Shown here: positions 1 through 9,507 of the stretch, piece by piece
Position numbering within the stretch: the first letter of the stretch is position 1
Layout: the number at the start of each line of letters is the position of its first letter
Program-made: the position numbers and the translations under genes
Notes under the pieces: model-generated
Seen by the model: only the letters and a program-made list of their open reading frames with translations
What the model was told of the DNA's origin: nothing
The model's database searches: none
Assembly: GCA_051941275.1 (NCBI GenBank)
Contig: JAVEBF010000016.1
Span: 1 to 54,053, forward strand
Source: Dirinaria sp. TL-2023a
Lineage: Eukaryota
Direction: 5' to 3'
Length of the DNA stretch: 54,053 bases

Positions 1-241
1 CTTACTAAGCTCGGGGCGACTACTTAACCGTTTTCACTAAGGCGAACCTTCTATCACACTCTGAGCGCTGAGCTTCGAGACGAAGCTCAGAGAGGGATCC
101 GAATAGTGTGTTACGACCCTGAAAACAAAATCAAGTAGTAAGATAGGCACCAAGTCCTTTGACTTGATTTAGTTAGTCTTTTGGCGCTACCGGGACTTTT
201 ATCATTGGGAAACCTATCTAATCAAGGTTGGGTCTTTGACA
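1..241 (+). mobile_element. 3' part of a miniature LTR retroelement (internal domain 1-108 plus 3' LTR 109-241), cut by the window edge
   Basis: 1-241 is a near-exact reverse complement of ~742-979. LTR 109-241 starts TGTTACGACC and ends CTTTGACA (TG...CA termini) and is preceded by purine-rich GAGAGGGATCCGAATAG. Confidence 0.85.
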
Positions 242-741
242 GATATAAGATTAAATAAAAAGACTGACTCAAAGAATATGACGAGTGAATCTCTGAATCA
301 AATATGAGAAATATATCGAATTTAATTCGAATATACGAAGAGTCTGGGAATATTAAACGTCGACGAATCGTCAAAAGAAAGTCGAATAGTTTCTCTTCTT
401 TCGAAAAGCAAAGCGCGTCAGCAACAAGACGTTCTAAAGAAAGAAGAGCGACAAATACACTGCGACGTAGCACTAAAAATAAATCAGTGAGATGATTATG
501 AATTATTTGCTATTCGAACTATTCTTGCTAAAAGTTTAATTCTCGTCGAAATAATAAGACGAGATCGACTTGATGAATTTCGAAAAGATATCAATAGTAG
601 AAGAGCGTATCTTTATCTTTTTAATCGATACTTTGATTCTTTTACGAGAAGATATTTTCTTCTCGTTCTCGTTCTCTTTCTCTTCATCGCCTCGATTCAC
701 ATCGCTAGTCTCATTAACTCTCTCGTCATCAATTTCATTAT
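242..741. repeat. AT-rich, hypermutated (RIP-like) relic, probably a decayed transposon
   Basis: AT-rich with only three CC/GG dinucleotides by eye in 500 bp (GGG at 346-348, CC at 690-691). The ORFs here are low-complexity, and the segment lies between two LTR-element copies. Confidence 0.6.
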
Positions 742-1200
742 TGTCAAAGACCCAACCTTGATTAGATAGGTTTCCCAATGATAAAAGTCCCGGCAGCGCC
801 AAAAGACTAACTAAACCAAGTCAAGGGACTTGGTGCCTATCTTACTACTTAGGTGTTCCAGGGTCGTAACACTACCCGGGTCCCTTTCTGAGCTTCGTCC
901 CGAAGCTCAGCACTCAGGGTGTGGGTAGGCGGTTCGCCTTAAGTGGAACGGTTAAGTAGTCGCCCCGAGCTTAGATAAGCTCTCAGCCGACAGACCTCGC
1001 CGAAAAACAACCCTTCAAGCGTCCGGGCTGGGATTCGAACTCAGAACCTTGCGACCGTGTTGACTTGGTTTAATGTCAAAGATCCAACCTTGGTTAGATA
1101 GGTTTCCCAATGGTAAAAGTCCCGGCGTGGCCAAAAGACTAACTAAACCAAGTCGGAGACTTGGTGCCTATCTTACTACTTATCTTTCAGGATCGTAACA
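742..1200 (-). mobile_element. Non-autonomous miniature LTR retroelement (TRIM-like): 5' LTR 1200-1074, internal domain 1073-872, 3' LTR 871-742
   Basis: Two ~130-bp direct repeats with TG...CA ends enclose a 202-bp non-coding internal domain. A PBS-like segment at 1060-1072 follows the 5' LTR, and a purine-rich tract (AGAAAGGGACCCGGGTAG on minus) abuts the 3' LTR. No matching TSD seen (ATTAT vs GAGTT). Confidence 0.85.
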
Positions 1201-1211
1201 GAGTTCTGATA

Positions 1212-1651
1212 CTCGTAGTCACCTCCTTTCTTGGTTCATCTACTTTCTTGATAGGATTAGGATTAAACATCTTCGTCTTATCAAAACGTCTTTCTTTATC
1301 AAATAATCTGATACTTCGGACTGACTAATATGCATCGATTTAAGAGATAACTATGAAACATTTCTTTTAAAATGCTCTATCGATATTAATTGAAACTTGA
1401 ATTATATTATACATATAGATAATTATTTCGCGTCTCTCGAAAAGACGATGTTTTGTCGCGATCGACAGTTTCGCAGCGCAATTTCGTATCGCAGATTCTT
1501 CAGATCGATGATATCTCTGACTCTTAAGTTGATGCATTTTAGATAGCAGATTATTTGACGTTGCAAGACGTTGCGGTTGAAGTGAATATTGTAACCCTAA
1601 ACCTATCAAGAAAGTAAGGTAGGTGAACCAAGAAAGGGGGGTGAATACGAG
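1212..1651 (-). mobile_element. Internally deleted Tc1/mariner-superfamily (pogo/Fot1-like) DNA transposon / MITE
   Basis: Imperfect ~55-60 bp TIRs (CTCGTAGTCACCTCCTTTCTTGGTTCATCTAC... at 1212; ...GTAGGTGAACCAAGAAAGGGGGGTGAATACGAG ending at 1651) with TA on both sides (1210-1211, 1652-1653). The minus-strand remnant SEESAIRNCAAKLSIA loosely resembles the N-terminal HTH of fungal pogo transposases. Confidence 0.8.
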
Positions 1652-2441
1652 TATGGAAAATATATTTGAGCTAAGTGAAATCACATTTAAGACGAGCTAC
1701 CAATCGTATCAGGATCATCATGATACTTGATAATCCTTTAGATAGTTCTATAAAAGTATCTTTTATCTTTCTTAGTAATCGGATCATACTACGACACGAG
1801 ACTCCAAGTAACGTAAAGGTTAGCATCTAGCTATTAACAAGAATAGGTAGATAAATTACGCGATAACCCTAAGGAATTTTTGACCATAAGGTAGGTCTGA
1901 GTAAGGTAGGTAGGTAGTGAGGCAAGCGAGAAGGGGTTGAGTTCTGAGTCAAGAACAACCCACAAGCAATAGTAACAAAGAGAGACGTCGAAGGAGAGTT
2001 CCGCAGCTTGACAAAGCTTTCCATCGACAAATTCCCGCACAGAAGACCGCATCGGTATTTGCAAAGTCATTGTTGGTCTGTTCTGAGGCATAAGGACCCC
2101 ATTTGATCTTTTTGAAGGTTGTCTTGCTAGCCAAGCACATATCTTGAGGAATTCTACTCATTACTAGTTGTCGGTCCTTGGCAAGGTCAAATCGTCTCTC
2201 GTCAGCATTATTCCCCTCAACCTACTTTTAGGCCCAGCGGCGTTCCATCGTCGGTGTCTCGACTGATCTAGGGCGGCCCCTAGTTCCCCTTAGAGGCTTT
2301 GCTCTTGCCAATCTAATTTCTGACAACCTTACTTATAACGATCATGGCTTTTTGGGTCGACATCTTCGTCGGCTCCACTCGTGCTCGTTTCGACAACCTA
2401 ACGGCGAGGGTACCTCAACAGCGCTCTCGTTGTCGGCATCA

Positions 2442-3986
2442 ATGGCAGATATTGCCAATGGCATGGCCGTCAAAAGCCCGCCTTCTTCTCTAGTCGAGTC
2501 AGACGATGTAAGTCACCTACTCAGCTCTGACGATCAATTGAGACGGATTGACCAGCTCTAGCGCTCCTTCCAGAGCACAGACGAAATGTAGGCTCTCCTC
2601 TGCTAGCCTTCATAACCGATTGGATCTCACATGGCATAGCGACTTGGACCTAGCATCAATCACCTCAAGTGTACTGGACTACGAGTTTGAGAACGGCCGA
2701 CGATATCATGCCTACAAAGCAGGCTCCTATCCTTTGCCCAACGACGAAGTAATGCTTGACCGTTTTTAGGCCCTTTCAAGGCCCCTACTTCGATGAATCA
2801 GTCGATAGACATACTGTTGCTCGAGCTAATGAAACCCGGTTTGCAGGCGGAAATGGAGCGCATGGACATCAAGCATCATATCTTTATCCTATTGTGCAGC
2901 GGGAATTTACATTTGGCACCTTTGACAAAGCCAGAGAGAATTCTGGATCTTGGTACAGGAACTGGCATTTGGGCCATGGAAATGGCCGACCAGTACCCTG
3001 AATCGACAGTGATTGGAACAGATTTATCTCCTGTGCAACCAACATGGTACCGGCAAATACTCTGCGAAAACTGGTGTCAAGCGGATCATACTGATGCCAT
3101 GGCTTTCTAGGGTGCCGGATAATGTTCGTTTCGAAATCGATGATTTCGAAAGAAATTACTGGTTCTGGCCGGAAAGTTACTTTGATTACATCCATTCTCG
3201 CTTCTTGGTCAGTTCTGTATCGAGCTACCCTGCTCTGATACGAAAAGCATTCAAGTCAGTCTGTATTCCTACCTTAATCTACAAGGTTTTGTACATCTGA
3301 CCGCCAAAAAATTAGACATTGCCGACCGGGCGGCTATTATGAACTACAAGATCTCAACCCTCGATTTTATTCCGATGACAGCACTCTTGAACACGATAGC
3401 AGCCTAAGTTACTGGTCCAAAGTTATTTGTGAAGCGTCAGCAGCGTACCGGCGCCCTGTCCCGCATCACACTGAGTTTACCGCATGGTTCGAAGAGGCTG
3501 GTTTCGAAGACGTGAAACAAATCATTTTAAAGTCGCCCACGAATCCTTGGCCCAAGAGCAAGACCCTCAAAGAGTCAGGTAACTTCCAATTGCTTGCTCA
3601 CCTTGAGGGCTTGGAAGGGATCTCTCTTGGACTGTTGACCAGAGCACTTGAATGGAAACCGGAGGAGGTCAAGATTCTAATGGCCAAAATCAGACCGGAA
3701 TTGAGAGATAAGACGATTCATTCTTATCAGATTCAGTAAGCCGCATCGCTTGAAAACTATTATCGCAGTCTTACTGATCTTCGAGTAGCTTCACTATCTT
3801 CGGTAGAAAACCCAAGGGTATACCATCGCCTCTTGCGACTTCACCTAGACTTTCCCCATCGGCACCTATCGTTGCTCCAAGCATAGCCAAAGGTAACTTT
3901 TTGCTGGTGATGATTTGCAAGCCGTGAACTCACACAATGTAGATGCGGGTCAGAAGTTGGCATCGAGTCACACAACAGCCGATTAA
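2442..3986 (+). CDS. LaeA-like class I SAM-dependent methyltransferase (multi-exon)
   Basis: Spliced frames give SITSSVLDYEFENGRRYHAYKAGSYPLPNDE, ILDLGTGTGIWAMEMADQYP, VIGTDLSPVQP, FDYIHSRFL and PTNPWPK, joined by GT-AG introns (e.g. GTAAGT at 2508). The terminal exons are less certain. Confidence 0.9.
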
Positions 3987-4605
3987 ACCGCCCTTTTCAC
4001 ATCCATCACAAACCTTACGTACTTGTTGCGGGAAAATGCCCATCACCGCCAACTATTGAAACAAAGCTTTCCAAGTACCCATGCTCGTCTACTGAGCCAC
4101 CAGACTGACTGGGCTACGTAGGATTCCGATCAGTCTCGCTTCCTGAAAATGGAGAGCGAGACCATAGAGGTGGATCAAATCGAGTGCTAGGGCCAAGATC
4201 CAAAGCGGGCACAATAGCAGTTGAAGATCACAAGCGACGTGAAGATTTTGGCGACACGCAATAACAAGTGTTGCATAGCCAGTCATGACGAACTCGAGAG
4301 AGTGACTGGGGGCAAAATCATAAGGTGACCTTACCATTGTGGTGAGCCATCATATGGTGAGGGAGCATCAGCAGTCTACCCCTTTTCACTGTTGTCACAC
4401 CCTCTTTACTACAGCTCGCCTACAATTTATGTTATTTGCCAGGCCAGCTTTTGGTCTTCTGGGAGCATGCAAGACAGGGGACTTGTAGCTTTTTGAGATT
4501 GCTCCCTTCCGTAGTGCATTGCTCTTGTTAGGGTGGATATCACTGTTCTTCCGGCTCTCCCTATTCTCGTGGGATATATTCGAATGGTCTGAGACGGATT
4601 CTATA

Positions 4606-5772
4606 TTACTTGGCATGCTTTCGATGAATCTCAATGACCTTTTGCACCTCGTCGTAGCTTCCCAAAAAGATGCCGGACCGGTCATGTATATGTTCAGGGA
4701 CCACATTGAGCATACGTTCCATACGGCTGTTCACGGCTTGGCCGCCAGCTGCGAGGAGAAGTCAATTATCGGCCATGGAATCGAGTGGAGGATGGAGTAA
4801 AGGTCTTACCATTCTCAAAAACCATCGCCATAGGAGCACATTCATACAGAATCCGCAATTTGCCTTTGGGACTTTTCTTGTCCGCTGGATACGCGAAAAT
4901 TCCTCCATAGAGAAGGGTTCGATATGCATCAGCAACCATACTACCAATATAGCGGGAGCTATATGGTTTTCCCGATTTTTCTAGCGGGTACTTTAGACAA
5001 TTAAAATACTCCTTGACGGGCTCTTCCCAATAAAGGCTGTTGCCCTCGTTGACGCTATAGATGGCTCGAGTCTTGGGCAACCGCATGTTGGGGTGCGTGA
5101 GAATGAACTCTCCCAGAGCGTTATCCATCGTAAATCCGTTTACGCTGCCATTCTTCATTGTCATGACAAGCTGAGCGCTCGCGCCATACATAGTGAAACC
5201 ACTAGCGACCAACTCTGTCCCCGGCAGCAGAAGCTCTTCTTGCTGACCTTCGCTTCCTTCCGCCAATCGAAAAATACCAAAGATGGTGCCCACGCTGACT
5301 CCTGCATCCAGATTGCTCGAGCCATCGATCGGGTCGCACACCACTGCATAGCGAGCTTTGGAGTTTTCGTGGAAGACGATGCATTCATCCTCTTCTTCAG
5401 AAACAAGAAGCCGGCACTTGCCAGACGTCCGCATTGCGGCGATGAACAAGTCATTACCGATCACGTCTAGTTTTTTCTGTTCATCCCCCGTGGTATTGGA
5501 GGAACCGGCAAGACCGGTCAGGTTGATCAGTGTCGCTCGCCGAATATAATAGGCAATCGACTTGAACGAGAATTGGAGGGCGTGGCACAAAAGACTGTCA
5601 CTGTTTGTTAGCCTACAGCCACGTCCGCTTTGGATGTTGGCTCGGCTTGCGTGAAGTCACCTGTGGCTTCTTTGTGCTTTGATTGTTCTTCGGTGAGGAA
5701 GCGTGTCAGCGTCACGATATCAGTATTGATCTTTTCTTGAGCCACTGGAACAGCTTCGCCGTTGGTCGCCAT
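4606..5772 (-). CDS. FBP1: Fructose-1,6-bisphosphatase
   Basis: Motifs GDEQKKLDV, DPIDGSSNLD, RYIGSMVAD and GKLRILYEC. Exon 1 reads MATNGEAVPVAQEKINTDIVTLTRFLTEEQSKHKEATGDF; two introns; ends ...HRKHAK* (TAA 4606-4608). Confidence 0.97.
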
Positions 5773-8300
5773 GGTTTTACGCTTGGTTTAGATGCAGCTC
5801 CTGAGCGTGGTTGATTTGATACTTTAGGAAAAGGGAGTCGGGGGCTCGACAATGGTAATACAGGGTCGACAAGACCGAGAGCAAAACAGGCGAAGGGTAC
5901 GAGCGTCGAGCCAAGCCAATCAGTAGAGGTACCTAAAGCAAATGTAAAAGTGACGTCGGTGGTCGACACCGCTGATGGTACGTCCGCAATGAACAGTAGA
6001 ACACTACTTTACCTTAGGTATCTTACTTACTACAGTACATTACATATTAATCTGGTTTGATGACCCCTTGCTGTCTCAGTCATGCGCTTGGGAGAGCAGG
6101 CTTTTCTTCCGACTGATAACTTGGCACGCAGACTAGGAGTCTAGGTAATGGACGGACTTAAGATCGTCCTCTACCAAAGCTCATTGGTATCTCGCTCGTG
6201 CAGCTACACAGAACATAACATGACTTACAAAGAGTCGGTATGGTGGTTTTATACCTGCAGTCGAGTACATGCACCTTACATTGGGTCCTTCAAGCATCTT
6301 ATTAAGGATGATCGTACGATCACGTGCATGGCGGGCAAGGTGATGTGTGTAAGGTAGGTACAGTACTTGGGTAAGAGACCAAGGTAAGGTAATCTATATG
6401 TACCTTACATGGTGCTTACATGTAAGATATGATACTTAGATGAGGTCAAGTTACGCTGTATAGATTTTCTTAGTATCTGAGTACCAAAGCTCAATCGGAG
6501 ACCACAGGGACCACTTTTTACACGCTCGCTGCAAGTTGTCTTGCTCGCCTGAGTTTCTACATTACTACGATGATCTCTTCTTGAGGTCTGGCATCACAGT
6601 GTAGGTCTTCCCCAGATTTCGCAGGACCCACTCGGAACCTTTCAACCTGATGATTTGTAAAAACCGCAAAACTAGAGTCTTTGACCTTTCGAGGAATGTA
6701 AATTCCAATGCACACGTCAGTCTGATTAAGAACACTCTGTCGTCAGGTTACCGCCGACTTAGTACTGGTCAAAGACTCTGGTAGCTAACAACTTGTGTCT
6801 GTATAGTGCTCTCTACTTATTCACATGGTATGTTGCATTACCTGATTACCCAGATATTTCTCCAGGAGCGGAGATGATTATGTCGTACATCGTACGCTGG
6901 AAATTACCGACTGAAGCCGTTAGTGGCTTTCGACGATATCAAATGGCTGTGGCTGAGCTCTGTTAAAGCTATTTTCAGCGAGGAGAACTTCGAGCACTTT
7001 TATGCAGATCAAGCCTAACATCTAGCAGTGCATCAGTGAATATTCTATTGCCTATCCTCATCAAGCTTCCAGCTACTATTTTGCATCCTAGACTATCGAG
7101 CGATAGCTATCAGTCCATCACCAATTGAACCTCTGAACCTTGGAGTTAAGCCCCACCGGCGAGGAGCTTGTCGAACATAGGGCAAGAGATTCTAAAGCGT
7201 ACTGTACCCATCGTCATGGTCTCAGAAGGTCTAGACATTGGCTTACAAGATGAATGGCACTGGGCTCCAACGGCATTTTACTGCTAAATGAACGACATGC
7301 CTTCCTGTGGCTGGTCCAAGAAAACCATGCCCACTGACGCACAATGATGCTGGACATCAAATCGCAGCGATCATGAGAATCGTGCATGAGCTGACTGATG
7401 AAGTTTCTTCAAAGGGCTTTCAACCCGATCCGAGCACTTGAGCCATAAATATCCAAGAGCGTTCGACGAGAAGCTCCGAATCCGTGGAAATCTTAGTACG
7501 GTAAGCGGTCTTTCCTCCAATCAACAATCATTTGCAGGATGAATGCTTAGATGACGAGTCTGATTGAAGAACTTCCCATGTAGACGAATCTATTTTACCA
7601 TTCATGCATTTCTGACAAACCTCTGAAATCTGTATTATGCGACCATCTTGTTTGTACTCGTACCCTTACTGACTGGAGTCGGTTAGATTTCTTCGGACTC
7701 TTCAACACGGGATTGCCAAAGTTTGTAAGTCGTGGAAATTCCGTTCTCTGGGATCGCTGTTCCACGTGATGATCTGTATTTTCAACGACAAGCATATGTC
7801 CGAGCCGGTTTTACCACCACTGAAGACGAGAATATTCTGACTGACACAAGGCTAAGAGTCTATGCCAAAAACCGGTTTCTATTTTGCAATAATTACTGAC
7901 AATTCCACTCTGTTTCCTAGTTATTTGGGTGTTGCGAGAATTGTACGTGACGCTCTTCCTATTGGCTTGTCCTCCTACGGTTTCCCTACGCATGATGATC
8001 CATTCTACAATCTCACGACGGTCGGCATAGCTACCAATCAGCTTTGATGAGATTTGCTCTGACCGGGCATACAATCTGAATTGCTATACTTCACGGTATA
8101 GCACGTTGCGGAGCTGCGGAAACTGTCTGAAAATTTCGATATGACGTCATACTAACCCTCACCTTCGCTACAGGCCTGATTGATAATTGATCTTAAGTGC
8201 TGCCCTTCGTATACATCAACGGCATTACCGACCATATCGCAACCGATCTTTCACAGTCCCAGCAAGAACGTTCTCTGAATGAAACCTTGCATTACCCACA

Positions 8301-8609
8301 ATGTCTGACCGACAAACCTATCAGACCTTCTCTTCCTCCTCCTATTTTTCCAGCAGCGACTCCAATGGCAACACTTTCACTCAATCGACTGCTACCAATC
8401 CATCCGGGACCACTATACACACTACTTCGAAGCGCTCTGGCGACCCCGCTTACTGTGAGACGGCTCGCCTCCCTGCGGGAGCAACTGGTCCTCAGCAGCA
8501 GGTCGAGGGCACCAATGGGTCCAGGAGGATTGAGGATGTGACGGATGTAGATCGGGAATACGTAGAGAAAATGGAGGACGAGTACGCTAAGAGGGAAGGA
8601 GGTGCTTAG
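8301..8609 (+). CDS. Small Ser/Thr-rich fungal hypothetical protein ending MEDEYAKREGGA
   Basis: 102-aa ORF with a good start context (ACAATG). The C-terminal RRIEDV...YVEKMEDEYAKREGGA motif is recognised from uncharacterised Pezizomycotina proteins. Confidence 0.8.
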   Translation: MSDRQTYQTFSSSSYFSSSDSNGNTFTQSTATNPSGTTIHTTSKRSGDPAYCETARLPAGATGPQQQVEGTNGSRRIEDVTDVDREYVEKMEDEYAKREGGA

Positions 8610-9507
8610 CAGCCGGTCATATAGTGTGAATGGCGCCTGCGTTGATTTCTGGGTTTGTGGAATTAGGGCATTTGGAGCTGGCTCAGCGTCACTCCAGGAC
8701 GTCCCGAGGGTATTTTGAGGCACGTCTGGGGATGTATCATCATTAGCAAAGACCGTCCACTACCAATTACCAACTGCAGCCTTGACGCATTAAGGTAGCT
8801 TACTGTTCGTTGCATGCTTGGTGTGGGCGGGCGTTATGGTAATAATGATTCTGTGCCTCGTAGATTGAGCGGAAATCCGCCAAAGCTAATCTTCAGCTGC
8901 CCGTAAGCCACCAACATTATCGATGTGCGGAGGCAACACTTTCCACATCAGCCTGTCGATGGCCTGTCCTAAGAACGCAGGTTTATCGCCTGACTGTGCC
9001 CGTTCGCTTCCACTGTTGATCTCACCGAGTGCCCCCATCTCGACCGACTACAGTACTAAGTATCGCGGGTTGGGGGCAGAAGTCCAGGAACAAACATGAA
9101 GGAATGCTGACTTGTCAATCCGACCCCTGTCGCTCCTTTGTAGCCAGATTTTTCTCCATTTCACGTTAGTGCAGTGAGCCCAAAAGTAGACCAGGAGCTC
9201 CGCAATAATCTATAAGTTGAGACAACGGTGTGAGAATGTTTGTGTAAGGATCATATTAGGGTTTGTGCTCTGCTAGTGGGTATCTAAGCTACTAACAACG
9301 CTGCGCAATTGCAGCTCTAATAGTGCCCTGTTCCGACGTTTCTCATCTCTGCCATGAAAGCCTAAGGTATCTCCCAAAGCCTTTGGCCATCGGTAGAACC
9401 CCGGGAAAATGCTTGATATGCTCGCTAAATAAAAGTAAATGTGCCCGGTTAACTCAGTCAACTCCGAATAACACCTTGCAAGACGCTCTAGGATAACAAA
9501 AACCTCG

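Noticed and set aside
222..802. Short ORFs in the AT-rich block
   Set aside because: Low-complexity Ile/Ser/Arg/Phe translations are typical of hypermutated repeats; no recognisable motif.
1015..1060. tRNA gene suggested by GTTCGAATCCC on the minus strand
   Set aside because: Only a T-arm and 3' tail are present, with no matching acceptor 5' strand or anticodon arm at the proper spacing. Treated as part of the LTR element.
109..1200. CRISPR-like repeat/spacer reading of the thrice-repeated 130-bp unit
   Set aside because: Eukaryotic context, repeats too long, mixed orientation, TG...CA termini and no cas genes; LTRs explain it.
1591..1875. Telomere-like TAACCCTAA at 1592 and ~1865
   Set aside because: Single isolated units, one of them inside a TIR; no tandem array.
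6800..8080. Possible degenerate gene fragments between FBP1 and the small protein
   Set aside because: Some splice-like signals and coding-like patches, but no consistent frame or recognisable family.
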